In this document: positions 23,424-37,566 of the stretch, piece after piece | How positions within the stretch are numbered: position 1 is the first letter of the stretch | Layout: each line of letters opens with the position of its first letter | Assembly (NCBI GenBank): GCA_030295235.1 | Contig: AP026164.1 | Span: 992,001-1,056,000, forward strand | From: Fistulifera solaris | Lineage: Eukaryota | Direction: 5' to 3' | DNA: 64,000 nucleotides | Made by a program: the position numbers and the translations under genes | Notes under the pieces: model-generated | Databases searched by the model: none | Told to the model about the DNA's origin: nothing | The model's input: only the letters and a program-made list of their open reading frames with translations

Positions 23424-25001
23424 ATGTCGGCTGCGCTGTCACTCTCCCCGATCAACAACGAGGGAAGAAACCGTCTCCGAATTGTTTTTTGGGTATTTCT
23501 GATTTGCACCTCCTGCAAAGTGCTTCTGTTTCCCAGCTATCGATCAACGGATTTTGATGTTCATCGGCATTGGAAGTCCTTAACGCGTCATTTACCTGTC
23601 GGGGAGTGGTATTGGGATGATCAGTACGTTGATACGCGGCACACTCTGGACTATCCACCCGGCTTTGCTTGGCTCGAGTACGCCTGGACAAATAACTATG
23701 TAGTGTCGACTTTACTGAAACGTGGCTGGGTCGATGAAGAATGTTTCGCTTTGATGTCTGACCCAAAGGAGGGATTGCTGCAACGTGTATCTATTTCGTG
23801 TATTGCATTCATGCGCTCGACCGTCATTGTCGGTGACTTAGTTTTCTGGGTCGGTGCTTATGCGGTGGCGAATGTTGTGGCGTCGACGTTTTCGTGGCCA
23901 ACTTTCTTGGGATTGGTACTCTATCCAGGTCTCTTGTGGTTGGATCATGTGCACTTTCAGTACAATGCCCTCATGATTGGAGTTTGGCTATTGTCGATTG
24001 CTGGTTTGTTGCGAGCGAATACAACCGATCATGAACATATCGCTTCGAATTTGCTACTTGGGGCGGCAAATCTCTATTCATTGCTTTTGACAATGAAGCA
24101 TTTGTACTTGATGTTCGCACCATGGTATGCAGTCTATTTGTTTCGAAGATATTGTCACAGTCCTGGAAAGGGTCCCTCTTTTGTATTTTCATTTCCAAGG
24201 TTTGTCATCCTGGGGTCGATAACTGTGACAACTCTTTTGATTCCTTTGATCCCAATGACCACTTCATCGGTGCACCCTGTGAAAGAAATGATGCAACAAA
24301 TACATCTTCGTCTCTTCCCTTTCGATAGAGGCCTTGTTCACGACTACTGGGCGGGCAATCTCTGGGCCTTCTACGCAGCTGCTTCCAAGATAGTTCCACT
24401 GCCGGAAGTAACACCCAAACTGACAGCCCTACTGCTTTTGCTTTGTCAGTCACCTAGCTATTGGTATTGCTGGAAAGCCGCTGCATCACGTGACAATTCT
24501 CTTCTGCTGCTCTCCATGTCCCTGTGCGGTGCCGCATCTTTCTTTTTGTCGTATCATGTCCACGAGAAAGCCATTCTGAACGTTTTGGTACCCCTGACTT
24601 TGTGGGGCGTGCAAGGATCTGGTCAATTTGTTTTCTGGTGGGAGTGTACCGCTTGGGGGACCATGGGTCTCGTTCCGCTACTGTATGAACCGCGTGAGCT
24701 TTTACTCAAGGGCACAACACTCACCTGCTATCTTTGTGCCTCCTATGGATATCATAAGACGCATCATCGGGCAGAACCATCCTATAGTGGGCACAGAAAA
24801 TGGATAATGTATGTTCCATACCAGTTCCATGGCTTCTTACTGGCAGCGGTCTGGATTCTAGTCGATCTAATACCCATTCATGCATTTGGCCGATTTGAGT
24901 TTGCACCTCTTGCACTGACGAGTCTATTCTGTGCTTTTGGTCTCGCTATCTCCTTTATCCGTTTGTTATATGCTTTGGAAACTGGTAAGTTTATTTTATG
25001 A
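23424..25001 (+). CDS. ALG8: Dolichyl-P-Glc alpha-1,3-glucosyltransferase (ALG6/ALG8 family, ALG8-like)
   Basis: YRSTDFDVHRHW, TLDYPPGFAW, DHVHFQYN, RLFPFDRGLVHDYWAGN, YHVHEKAIL; multi-pass hydrophobic profile. Confidence 0.9.
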   Translation: MSAALSLSPINNEGRNRLRIVFWVFLICTSCKVLLFPSYRSTDFDVHRHWKSLTRHLPVGEWYWDDQYVDTRHTLDYPPGFAWLEYAWTNNYVVSTLLKRGWVDEECFALMSDPKEGLLQRVSISCIAFMRSTVIVGDLVFWVGAYAVANVVASTFSWPTFLGLVLYPGLLWLDHVHFQYNALMIGVWLLSIAGLLRANTTDHEHIASNLLLGAANLYSLLLTMKHLYLMFAPWYAVYLFRRYCHSPGKGPSFVFSFPRFVILGSITVTTLLIPLIPMTTSSVHPVKEMMQQIHLRLFPFDRGLVHDYWAGNLWAFYAAASKIVPLPEVTPKLTALLLLLCQSPSYWYCWKAAASRDNSLLLLSMSLCGAASFFLSYHVHEKAILNVLVPLTLWGVQGSGQFVFWWECTAWGTMGLVPLLYEPRELLLKGTTLTCYLCASYGYHKTHHRAEPSYSGHRKWIMYVPYQFHGFLLAAVWILVDLIPIHAFGRFEFAPLALTSLFCAFGLAISFIRLLYALETGKFIL

Positions 25002-25993
25002 TGTGACTTTGAGTCTTGCAAGTTTGTTTAGCTAAAGGTTTCAACAATTAGATTTGTAGCGGACGCTTGTTAGGACCGCTTAGACCTGAATAGCTGCTCG
25101 AACGAAACCTCTTATTAAAGCTTTCCCTAAAGCAGTTGGCCATCCTCTAATTGCCTCATCAATTCTACTCTGCCCGATTACGTAGTACTCCGTTGGTACC
25201 TGTACCAAAACTAACCTCCCGAAAAAAATTACTCCGTTCTTTGGTGATTTATGACTCAAATACAGTCGTGCCGGAAAACAGGAACACTTTGGGCATATAG
25301 TAATTAAGCAAGACAACGATTTATAAGTTTATCGACGTTATGAATTGAATCGTGTGTTGAAAATGCTATACTACCGTAAGATAAACTAATTAATCTTGAG
25401 AAGGTAGCAGAACGGCTAAAGGTTCGGTAGCAATCTGGCTCGGAAAGAAACTGATTCGTGACTCAATTCCAGTCTTGGGAAGTTGAGCCTTCACTTTGTG
25501 ACAATAGTGTAAAAGGAGGATATCGCTATGTGAAAAAGTGAAACGAAAAAATGGAAAATTCAGTCGAATGTCAAGATTACATTCTGACGTTAGGAAATTA
25601 GGAATTTAACTTCAGGACTATAGTAAATGGTGTTATTTGTGTGGGTATCGCTGTGGTACTGGACACTCATGATGATTGATCATACTACGCACTACTTGTA
25701 CGTACTCTCTAGAGATCTTCACCTGATACTTGTACGTTGTCCAGTACCAGTGTGCCGCAGCTCACTCCATTCACACAAAATCAAGATCTTTTCCACCGCA
25801 CGACGCATTAAAAAATGTACTCCGGAGTGTGATGAATGATGAACGATGATCGATGATCGATGATTCGCAGCAGCAAATGGTAAGCTTTGGTTCATCAAAA
25901 GTAACGGCGGCATTACTTCCTGAACGAACAAAAGAACGTTTACTATTTAACAATACAATTACAATTGATAAAACAGGGTGAGCTTAAACGACC

Positions 25994-28900
25994 ATGAAGC
26001 CAGGCACCTTGAAACGCCGAGTATCACAGGCCCTGTCAGACGATGGGTCTTCTCCCAACGCGGAGGATTCCGTACACAAAAGTCCTTCCAAAAGCGCAGA
26101 CAGGAAAGATCGTAGCTTAGTATCAGCAAAGATAAAACGAGGTGCAACTCGTCGCAAAAGTAATCCGGATGGTACACCGAGGCGTCGGGGACGGCCCCCA
26201 AAAAGTCAAGATTCGAATGTCAGCACCAAGCGTCCCACAGTGAAACGTCAAAATTCAATGCCCGTGACTTCAGTGATTGTAAAATCAGACGATGCGCCGA
26301 CAAGATTAGTCAATCCGCTGATCGAATGGCCTCCAGCCGTAAATGATCCTTATATCGATCCGAACAAGAGGCAACGATTGTCGGTGGATACTCCAGCGCC
26401 GGCCGCGTCCGTTCTAGAGACAACCGCAAGTTGTTCCAGCGAGGCTGCTCCAAAAGAACCTTCTTCGAAAGCAAGTAATAGCGACGTGGATTTCGCTAAT
26501 GTCAAACGCACGGGGCGCGTAGGCGATATGGTGCAAATGCTGGATTTAGAACGACCGGATACGTTCCCTTTGGCTTGGCAAGCTCAACTCTTGGGGCTCT
26601 CTCTGCCGGAAGTGATTCGAGTAGATGACGACATCTTAAAACAGATTCGTGATGCGAATCCAATTGATGAATTTGTGGAGTTTGAGGAAGTCTGTCCAGT
26701 GCAAACAAACTTTCAGTGGTCGTGGAGGAAAGAAGAAGAGGATGAGACTAAATTACTCTCAGAACGTGATCCTGTTTACGTGAGTTTACTAAACACCTCA
26801 TCTCAGAAGGAATCGTTTTTCCATCCGATATCGACCGCGCAATTCAATAAACTTCATCAATCGGTTGTCCTTGATACTTCGCCGATCCTCGCACTGGCGC
26901 AAGAATGCGGCCTATGGACGCCCGGCAGTTGCTCCTTTTCGCTCATGCCATCAACGTCAGGTTGCTTTGGGTGGGACCTTTTGTCGAAGGATGGTCCGCT
27001 AGGTTCTCTAAAAACCCAAGTTGAATGGTATTCGGTACCGGAACTCGAGCGAAACGAACTTGTGAGCCGATGGCAGTCATTTCAAATCGGCACTCATCAC
27101 TGGATCGACGATTCCATGGAATTGGACAATCGGAAGAGAAAGAAAGTCGAACGGTCTGTCGGCTTGGCTTCTTTAGAAGCGTCAGTATCAGTTTCGGGCG
27201 ACGAGAAAGATGAATTGTTGGTCAGGGAGATAGAGGTCGCGGTAAAGCCCACACACTCAGCGATGAACGAGACACATATAGACAACACCGAACCACAAGC
27301 GGAAAGCCTGATGATACTTTTGTTTACCATGGCGTTGGAGCACGCCCGCGCCTGTGGAATAAGCTACATTTTGATTGAGAATATGTCTTTAGAGTGGAAG
27401 ACTCTGTTAACGACTTATTTCAGGATGACAGTCAAGCAAGAGATGGTGGAGTCGAAAACGGCATCCCTTGTTTGTGACCTGATGAAGATAAGTCACCGTT
27501 ACACGTTTCTATTATTCCAACAACAGATGAAAGATCCTACTGGTCAACCCATGAAGGAATCAGATGTCCCCGTACAAGACGAATCAAGATGTCTTCGGTG
27601 CATTGCGTCGATTGCTCCCGCAGTAATAATCGCCGAGGATGAAAGCGCAGAATTTTGCGGAGCTGCAGAGGCTTTACACTCTCGGCTTGCAATCTTTCGT
27701 GCCTCTCTAAACCCCACAATTGAATTCGTGAGTCTTCGAGGTGACGAAAAGAGTGGTGATAAAATTGATCATGTGGTCGGTGAACCCGAAATGTCTTTTC
27801 ATCTCATACGGTCGTTCCAGCGACAACCTGAACGCATTATCGCCACTTCTGAAGTTTGTGATGAGATCAATATCAGAGGAAAAGAGTTAGTTGTATTGGA
27901 GAGCAATCTGCAGCCGAAGTTGCACGACTTGATGGCTAGTTCAATTAAAGAGCGGGTTGACTTTGAACAACTTTGCGAGAAAAGGGAGAAAGAGCGCTAC
28001 ACCATTGACGAGAGTGTGAAACTCATCGAGCGTCGAAGAGAGCAAGATTTGGCTTTTCAAAGACAACAGGAGCAGGACATGGAAGCAGTTTGCGTAATTT
28101 GCGGGGATGGAGAAGTGACTCCTGACAACCAAATGGTTTTCTGCGAATCATGTGATGTAGCTGTCCATCAAATTTGTTATGGGATCGAAAAAGTACCCGA
28201 GGGTGATTATTACTGCTATGCCTGCACCCGTCTTCAAAGAGAGTCCGTTATTCCCGGGAGCGATGAGGGAGGATCACCTCAGCTGCATCGCGTCTGCTGT
28301 GAGCTTTGTCCGTTGAGAACCGGGGCATTTATTGAAACTGCTACAAAAGCTGATATCGATACCGCTCCTTTTGGAAAGTGGATTCATGTTGTTTGTGCGA
28401 AATGGCAAGGTTTGCGGTTTGAACGTTCTCCAGACGTAATCGAAGATGTTTCGGATCTCAAAGTGAGATTTCGGCAATACGGCATTAAGTGTTCTTTATG
28501 CAATGGAGAAAGAGGAGCCATGATTAAATGTAGGCACGAAGAATGCAAGACCTGGGTCCATGTCACCTGTGCTAGAGCCGTGGGGAATTGTGTTGTCGTA
28601 CATGGGGAAAACGCCTCTGGCGACATAGAAACAAACCCGTGGACATTGCTTTGCCCTAAGCATTCCCAAATTCCGACAAAAGATATTCCAGTTGGATCAT
28701 TGTCTGTCGAAAAGCTTGCACTTCTCGCGAAAGAATTCCCTCCTGAACCTCAGCCTCCTCCTGCGGATGTAGTTCCTCGGCCATTCAATACCATAGGTGG
28801 AGAAGAGCGTGAGATGCTTCTACGGAACGAAGAATACGAGAGAGCATTGTTAGTGGAACTCACAACGAAACGGCTGAATGGATATCGATGCGAAGTATGC

Positions 28901-30927
28901 GACACGTTGGAAGTAGACGGAAAGAATATGCTCCGGTGTCCGTCTTGTTTGACAATATGCTGTGTGTCATGTAGATTTGATTCGGATGATTCGGACAGTA
29001 GTGGATACAAATGTCAGTCGTGCAGATTTCTCGAAAAGGCTAAGAAAACTGACGAGGGAAGCGAAGTTCCGGCTTGCCTTCTTTGTTGTCAGAAGGGTGG
29101 CGTTTTACGTCCCGCTTGTGCGAAGACAATAGGGAGAAAGTCGTACTGGAAGAACAATCCGGATGAATACCAAAAGTCGTTCTTCGGAAAGAACATATGG
29201 GTTCATTCTGTCTGTGGCTTGTAAGTTGTTTGTTTCTTTTGTCGATGCTTGCGTTTTTTATTGGTTTATACTTCGTAGCGTGCGCTAACTTGCCTCCTCC
29301 TCTAGTTGGATTCCCAAGGTGGAAGTATCATGCTCTGGTGTTGTCAACTGCTCAGATGTTGTCATGGCTAATGGCAAAGGGCTTATTTTGGCACAAAGTC
29401 GCTGTTTTCTGTGTGGACAGTCAGATGGACTCAAAATTCGGTGCAGCGATGATTGTTGCTCTAGGCAAAGAAACAGCGAACAAAGTTTTTATCATGTCAC
29501 TTGTGCACGTCAAGCCGGTCTTGAAGTCAACGTTTCGGGTGATGACGATTTAATTTTTTACAGTGAGTCAATCTTTTGAATTGTATATTATATCTCCATT
29601 TTTCTCATTTTTGTCGGCAGTGAAATGCTACAAGCATTGTGGTAATGATTTTAATTTTAGGGCGAAAATCGAAGATCTTCTTGAAATTGAAAAACGACGA
29701 TCAGGAAAACTCCTATCAAAATACCACATGCCGATGACGTTCTCGCATGCCCAGAGACTTTTGAACTCTGCCATTCAAGTCATGCGGACTCTCGGATGGG
29801 CTTGGCGTTGGGCTGAATGGTGGGTTGATTATGATTCATCCTGGGAGCCTCTTCTTGAGCCTGGGCAGATCGAGTCAAAAATGACGAAAGAGGAGCTAAA
29901 AATCGTTGAAAGTACGAGAGCCTCTCGGTGCGAGGATGCTCGCAAATGTCGACTGGCGGCGTTTAGTGTTGCTCTCCGTGAAAGGCTTTATGACGAAGGA
30001 AACTCCTTCGACCGGGCTTCATTTGATCGCGCCATGCATGCGTTATTGGCTACTACGAGTCTTGTCGGACCTCTGGAAAGCTTCGAGAAAGACTTTTTAG
30101 TGCAATGGCTCGGCCGGGCATATAGGTCAAAGTCAGCACTGTTGGGTTTTGGTGACGAAAAGATAGAGCCTTTCCACGGTGTTTGGTGTCTTCACAGAAA
30201 AGATAACTCAGCAAAATTTTCTCTTGTGGGAAGGACTGTGCCAGGAAAACAAGAGTTGAGAAAAGGATGCGTTTTTGAGTGTGTTGAAGAAGTTGACGAT
30301 TTCCTGATGACGGAGCTGGAGCCTTCAGGTCCTGTTGATACCGTCGCTCCAATAATACAAACACCAAAGCGATCCCCAGGTAGACCCCGAAAAGTTGCGA
30401 CGCACGAGGATTACGATCCTCGTAGCCGTAAAGTTAAGTTGCCGCCATCCAGACGCAGTTCAAGTACATCTCGAAAAACAGCGAGTCGAGTCGAAATTGA
30501 CTCTGACAGACAAATAGATGTGCCCGTAGCGAAAAGACGCTCTCCTGGACGACCGCCAAAAGCGTCCCGGATTGAATCACTAAAAGTATGTCAGGGTCTA
30601 ACGCCAACGATGGTTCCAGATAGGCCACCAAATCGATCCCCAGGTCGACCTGCAAAGCGATCTTCAAGTAGATCGCAGAAACGCTCCTTGGATAGAGCTC
30701 GCCATGACGAGCACTTAATTGAAATTAAATCAAGAGCGGATGATACAAACATCTTACGACCGAGGCGAGGCCGACCACGTCGCGTACCCCAAGTCGTAGG
30801 GAATGATGGTGATACAGGCAAATATATTTCGCCAGGAACAAGTAGTGTCTTGACTCGACGTACCAGATTTTCGCGGAGCAACGATGAGGGCGGGGATTCA
30901 AATCAAAGCGCTACTAAGTTGACCTAA
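25994..30927 (+). CDS. Chromatin protein with PHD-zinc knuckle-PHD (PZP, BRPF/JADE-like) module, further Cys/His fingers and multiple AT-hooks
   Basis: CVICGDGE...NQMVFCESCDVAVHQICYG...CYAC; CELCP...KWIHVVCAKW; CSLC...HVTCAR; AT-hooks RRRGRPPK, PGRPRK, PGRPPK, RRGRPRR; introns 29221-29305 and 29563-29620. Confidence 0.9.
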
Positions 30928-33217
30928 GCGATGAACAAGACGGTGACAACGAATCGGAACATAGATGAGTTTGTAAGCCGCTCTGACAGCTAAACGTCCG
31001 TATGTCGCACACGAAGATGGACTTGTTCCGGTGAAGGTGCTCAAACAATGCTTTTGAAACAATTGTTCTCTCAAGGAAATAGACATGATTCGTTGGTGCA
31101 AGCCTCTCATCCGTGTGACGATGACTTGATGGATGGAATCAAACAACAACTTTAGCGGAAAGGCTTTCTAGTATAGCAATGGCTGCAATCAGATCGAAAG
31201 AAAAAAGCATACGACGCCGACAGCAATTTAGACAATAAACGCAGACTTTCGGATTTTGGATTTAATCTGCTGTTGAACACGCGACTTCTAGAAGAAGAGA
31301 CAAATCAGGCGGATGATCCTTTTGGATACAGCTATTGCTGCAGCTGTGCCGTGGACAAGGGATGGTTTTCGTGCCAATTACGGTAAGCAGGATTTGGATT
31401 GGATGCAATAAACTGTCCAGGTTCATTAGACACACCTGTGATAAACCGAATGGGACTGCTGGAATGCTCCCATGAAGAGCAGCAAGAAGGATATTTTTGA
31501 TGACTAGGCGAGCTGTTGTTTAGCAAGAAAAGGTCGTTATCTCATGTCGTTTCTCTTTGACCTGGATCAGTTAACCGAAGAAAATCGATGGTGTGGGGCG
31601 AGTATTTTTGGCAACAAATGTATAACAAGTACTGAATGACGTGCAAAGTAGCATGCTTACGAGTTTCTCATGCCATGGCCAACAATAACACAGGGCGCAA
31701 GCGATATCCAGCCGCACGACCACAAAACTGCGAGTTCACGAAAATATTGGACGAGATGGGGAAAGTTTCTCTTGTCGCCCTTACCCACCGCGCGCATCCA
31801 TCAGTTGTATTAATTTATTATTTAAATTATTCGGTTTTGAATTGAACAAAGTGTTAGCATGTAGGAGTTGTGGTATACATTTTTCATTGTGCTGGGACAT
31901 ATTGGGGACCCTTGCTAGTGCCCGTAACCGCTACCCTATTTCTAGGATAACTCATAAGCACCGCAAGAGCTCCGAAGACGTTAAGCAGATGTCAACAAGC
32001 GATCACAAACGCCCATGTATCCGGTTGGGAGCGGAAAGGCGAATGTGGCTTTCATAAGCTGCTCAGCGGGTGAACCCCAAACCCCGCTCAACCGTTACCA
32101 TTGCTTCACCAATCACTGGCGCACACAGTTCTTCGGCACGCCTCATGGATCCCACAACTCAGGTGAAGAACTTTTCCCAGCACAATGCTCCAACTGCGAG
32201 TTTTCCGGTAAGGCAGGAAGCCTCGCAAACAGGCAAGCGAATCGTCGAGACGATACGAGGTTCCCATTTTGCGAGACGACTCCTCCTTCCTCGGGACATA
32301 CGCACCACAACCCTTCATGCGCTCCCACTATGTATCCAACCATACGGTGCCAAGCTGTGATCGCAGGCCACAGCTTGGCAACAACTGAATACGGGGAGGA
32401 CATCACACCTCTCTCAGTCGCCTTTGAGAGGAGATGTGAGAAGAAGAAGAATGCATCGAAAAAAGAGAGAAAGATGTTTGGCGATGCTTCTCTTATCGAA
32501 AAATCAAAATTAGTTTGTGTTCACAAACTCAATTTAAAATCATTTAGAGGGAGCTATCTAAGTATTCCTGTGTCGAACAACGGTTCCCGCTAAATGTTGG
32601 GATCCCACGACCCACGAATAAATGTCACGACATGCGCATCTGGATATTTTTCATGAACGCAGCTGCGAGCCCGGCCTACTCGCATCTCACAAGGAATATC
32701 CGCGATTGAATTTTAATTTTTGAACAAGAGTGGATGTAAAAAGTCCATTGGAGGCACTTTGTTTGCCTCAACGACGATGGTTTGTGGTTGTTTTACGTAG
32801 TAGGTACGTTGAAGTATGTTTTGTATGACGGTCCGTCGCATTCTCAGTCTTGTTATTTCAATCGCAATCTTCCGCTATGTATCTTGTTTGAGTGTCTGCT
32901 TTTTTGGTGATGAAATCCACACGCCCACTGCATTATTTCAAGAATGATGGCCGCATTATTCTTACGAAACAATACAACGATTTTGATTGATATTCAAAAC
33001 ATATAACATATTAGTGACTCGGTAGACTATGCCCCAACATTTCTCGAATCATCAACCGATGGAAGCTGTGCCCGTTCCGCCAGCATCATCCCATAGCGTT
33101 CACGTGCTAGTCATGACAAGCGCAGCATGTCATTCCGACGAACGGTATATGACGATGATGTAAAACATCATGGACTTCCGTTTGTACCAGGTCATGAACT
33201 TGGTGGTTTCAATGTTC

Positions 33218-33637
33218 AAATATGACGTTCCCTCTCATGCGGTTGTTCCAGCGACAGCCTGGACACATCATCGCCACTTCTAAAGTCTGTGATGAGATCA
33301 ATATCAGAGGAAAAGAGTTAATTGTATTGGAGAGCAATCTGCATGCAGCCGAAGGTTGGACGACTTGATGGCAAGTTCAAGCAAAGAGCGGCTCGATATT
33401 TTTGAACGACTTCGCGAGAAAAGGGAGAGCGCGACATAGATGACGAGAGCGTGAAACTCATCGAACGTCGAAGAGAGCAAGATTTGGCTTTTCAAAGACA
33501 GAAAAAGCAGGACATGGAAAGTAGTTTGCGTAATTTGCGGGGATGGAGAAGTGACTCTTGACAAGCAAATGGTATTCTGCAAGTTAGGTGATGGAGACTA
33601 AATGCCTATCAAATCTGTTACCGGATCGAAACAATAC
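33218..33637 (+). pseudogene. Decayed partial duplicate of the PHD gene segment at about 27790-28197
   Basis: Long matching stretches, e.g. gtgatgagatcaatatcagaggaaaagagtt, gaagagagcaagatttggcttttcaaagac and gtttgcgtaatttgcggggatggagaagtgactc, with indels and stops in this copy. Confidence 0.88.
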
Positions 33638-33763
33638 AGAAATCGAAAATAATTCTTCAATGCCCTTCTTGCTGTGCCCTTGGACCCCAGCAAAAACCTT
33701 GCCTCTCGACTCTTATTACAATAGAGCCACTATTGGCTCTTGCAAGCGTCTATTAACTAAATA

Positions 33764-36416
33764 TCAAAATGTTGATTTAACAAAATTATCAAAAAGCTTG
33801 TTCGAATCTGCAATCGATTCCAAATAATCCAAAAGTTGCCCAGACTTGGATCGCTTAGCTTCATCAAAAATAGAATTCCCCCATCTGTCTCTGACCGATA
33901 GATCAGCGCCATGCTCCACCAACAATTTCGTTGCCACTAGATTGCCTTCTGAACAAGCAATGTGCAACGCAGTACGATTATCATAATCCCCAGCGTTCAC
34001 TTGGATCTTTGCTTTTAATAGTCTTTTCATTGTGACAATATCGCCATTTGATACTACTTGACAAAGTGTGGAAGCTGCTATGTTGTCTTCCATACACAGC
34101 GATGCTCCATATTCGATGAGAACTTCAATGACGCCATCATGACCACCTTTCACGGCTTCATATAAAGCAGAGTTTCCGTGTATGTCAACTTTGTTAGGAT
34201 CCGTCCCCTCGTAAGAGAACAGCTTCTTCACGATACCTGTGTTTCCTTGAACTGCCGATATCATCAGAGCCGTCCGGCTGTCGTAATCAGCTTCGTTAGG
34301 ATCAAATCCTTGATCGCACATCAACGTGATGACTTTCATGTCGCCACGGGAGGCAGCAAACAAAAAAACGCGTTGTGTGATCATCATTCACTTTTTCCAT
34401 GTGCATTCGTACCAGATCACGAACCGTTGCCAGTGTACTCTCTGTTTGAACGGACACAATGGCGTGATTTACGTCGCCGCAGAGAGAGTCATCACCTTTC
34501 CCGGACATGTCAAAGACGGAGCCAGCCTGTAGCACAGGCAAAGGTTTTGGCAAATTGACGCGCTGTTCGTAGTCAAGCTGGCTCGCAATGGTCTCGACTT
34601 TCGTCAACAGATTCCTCAAGATCTTCATTGCAGTCCCAGGATGATCGTCTGAAATCATCTTGTAAGCAGCACGGCTGATTGTTAGCGTTTTGGAAATGGC
34701 GACGGTACGGATTGTGTCGATTTGAGGAGTGCCAGTGAAAAAGCTTATCTCGTTAATGAAATCGCCAGGACCGATGCGTGGTATCGAGCCTGACCTGCTC
34801 CGGTGCATTTCACTATCACCAATGCTGCTGTGATAGGTAGACCCAGTTCTCTTCGTGCCGTCTTCACCATTAGTCGCATCATGTAGATAGTTGATCAGCT
34901 CTATCTGTCCACCCACCAAGAGATACAATTCGGTCGCAACGCTCCCACGCTGAAGAAGCTCCTCTCCTGGTCCAAACATTTCTACCTTACAGGAAGACAA
35001 AAACTCATCTAAGAACTGTATCCGGACACCTTCAAGCAGACTCGTCTTCATAAGGGATGACATGTACAATTGACGGAGGATCTTTCGACGCATGGAGCTC
35101 GGAAAGTGTGACAAGACGACTTCGTCAGAAATGCCCTGATTGTTGAAGTTCAGTTTGAGCTGTGTTTTCAAACGCTTCCTAAGCTCAGGTTTGAAGCTGT
35201 TCAATCGTGAATAGTCGTCAACGGCGCTCAATAACTCTCGATAGGCACCAGTCTTCTGATCACCCTTGACAACCAACAAGGTGATGCTACCGATAATCCA
35301 CGCCATGAACAAGATATTTAAGAACATGTAAACCATGCTGAACACTTGCTCAGTTGCATTCATAGGCGTAATGTCGCCGTATCTTTATCAACCATTACCG
35401 TCGAACAAGAGAGAAAAACGTTAGTCACGACGCTGTCAACGACGGTGGCATGATGGTACCCGTTCTTTTTGATCAAGAAAGGCGTGCAACAGATGCGTTA
35501 ACTTACCCAGTCGTCGTGAATGTAACGATTGTATAATACAACACTAGGATGTATCGCTCAGCGATTGTCATGCCTGGAACATCACTTCCAATCGCTGTGC
35601 GATCTGGGTCAAAATTGTACTCCCTCGCAATGAAATACATGACGCACGCCCAGAAGTGCACCCAAACAAAGGTAAAGAAAAAGTTTCTCAAAAGCGTCAG
35701 AAACGAAAGACTGATTTTTGAATTGAATTGCAAGATTTCGAAGAGGAGCTTCAGTCGATGCAAGGTAATCATGCGGACGAGTCGCACCAAACTGAGATAC
35801 CTCGAGGTCTTACTGTCGGAACCCATTTCACCAGTGATCGCCAGGAGAACAGCATAGAATGGAAAGACTCCGAGAATATCCTTCCAGAACTTGGTGCGGA
35901 TGTAGTGCTTCGCAATCCTATTGCGATCGTAAATAAGTTCCTCGCGTTGATTGTAATAGGCCAGATTGAAATTGACAACAATATCGATGATGTATATCGC
36001 CATAATGGTGCAATCCACGGCCGCTGAACCATCGTTGTACGGAGCCAGACCAGGATCCGCAAACGCTACCATGAATGTCTCAAAAAGAGAGTGAAAACAG
36101 CGGCAAGCACCGTGAAACTCCAGAAGATCTTGTATTTTTGTGTCCAAGGAAAGATGATATAGGGGTGCGCCGCAGCCACGTGCATGTCACGAACGGTTCC
36201 CACTCCGCCACCGAACATCGCGGCTTTCGTTGAGTGGCGCGATCTGACTTTTTCTTGGGGTTGTTGGAGTTCATCCTCCTCCTCTTCGTCATCTTCGTCC
36301 ACGCCGGGCAACTTGCGACCACTCTCACGAAAATGAACCGTTTTCACCGGATTGGCTAGATTGCTGAATGAGATTTCCGAAGCCAGGTGTCTCTTCTCCA
36401 TGTTTTCTTTCCCCAT
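33764..36416 (-). CDS. Shaker/AKT-type voltage-gated K+ channel with cyclic-nucleotide-binding domain and ankyrin repeats
   Basis: S4 LVRLVRMITLHRLK; pore TTTG|YGD split by intron 35383-35506; CNBD (FGPGEELL...GDFINEI); ankyrin repeats DYDSRTALM, DYDNRTALH, DRWGNS; shifts at about 36085 and 34362-34368. Confidence 0.92.
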
Positions 36417-36963
36417 CAACCATCAATTGGAAGACAATAAGTCGACTAGAAGTAATACAATGGAAAAGAGAAGGATTTGACATTTGACGAGTACCTGGTA
36501 CGCATGAAAATAAAAACTTCCGAGGAAACGACGGCATCTTGAAAGACAAAATTTCTGGATCTCCCCTTGTCCCAGGCAGTCCCGGACCGATTCCAGGTAT
36601 TACTATGAATCCAAATGTAGGCAACCTTTTTCACGACTGGATTCGAGTCACGCGTGTAACATACGAAACAATCGAATGAACACAAAAATAATGTGAGGGC
36701 CGACTTCAACTTGCATTCGACCTACCTTGTACTTGAATTTGTTGCTTCCTATCTATCTCGGATAGCTTTTACTCCATAATAAATGACAAAGTCGACGAAA
36801 GTAGCATTGTTACACAGACAGAAAGACTTCGCTTCCCTGACACTCGAGCGCTACACGCTCAGATTATTGTTTCCGAATCATCATCATTCATCGTCCTGTA
36901 CAACACTAATTAATCCGGTCTCATTGCTTTTGAAGTGAAATAAAAGTCACATCTCTCAGCATC

Positions 36964-37566
36964 ATGCGTCTCCTTGCGTTTTTCCATGTCCTATGGCTAC
37001 TCATCGGAGACGAGATGAGAACAACCCAGGCACTCGCCAACACGAATCGGAGACGTCAACTACTCTGGGGATTCATTACATCTGCTCCGCTTCTCGCGTC
37101 CCCAGCACACGCCGTTTGCACATGGGGAGTGCTTTCGGAAGATTGCATCGGCGTGTACAAAATGCCAGACAGTAGCGCTCCTACTTCAATGGATGTTTCT
37201 ACTGCCCGGTCGAGTCTAATCGAACAGCGGCAACGCATCGACACCGTAAGAAGCAACATACTGTCGGGCAATCTTGTACAAGGAGGATTGGAGCTGCTGA
37301 AAGTGGTACCAAAAATCAACAAGGCAGGCAAATCGCTTATTCCTATGGACATTGACGGAAGTTCGGCAGTGTCAGGATTAATCGTCCAGCGCATGGAAGC
37401 GCAATTAGAAGAAATTAACGGTTTGCTAGGCCAAGCGGATGTGTCAATCGGGCAAGGAATGCGCGGGGAAATGGGCTCCGTCACGGTGGCTCAGTTGACA
37501 ATTATTCGAGATTTACAAGATGCTCAGAATCTGCTAGACGATTTTTTGGCACTAGCTTCAAAATGA
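36964..37566 (+). CDS. Hypothetical plastid protein, probably thylakoid-lumenal
   Basis: Signal peptide followed by twin-Arg-like NRRRQLL, hydrophobic stretch and AxA site (SPAHA); helical mature domain. Confidence 0.7.
   Translation: MRLLAFFHVLWLLIGDEMRTTQALANTNRRRQLLWGFITSAPLLASPAHAVCTWGVLSEDCIGVYKMPDSSAPTSMDVSTARSSLIEQRQRIDTVRSNILSGNLVQGGLELLKVVPKINKAGKSLIPMDIDGSSAVSGLIVQRMEAQLEEINGLLGQADVSIGQGMRGEMGSVTVAQLTIIRDLQDAQNLLDDFLALASK

Noticed and set aside
30930..33200. Several 60-190 aa ORFs between the PHD gene and the duplicated fragment
   Set aside because: No recognisable motifs or consistent exon structure; may hold decayed sequence but cannot be supported.
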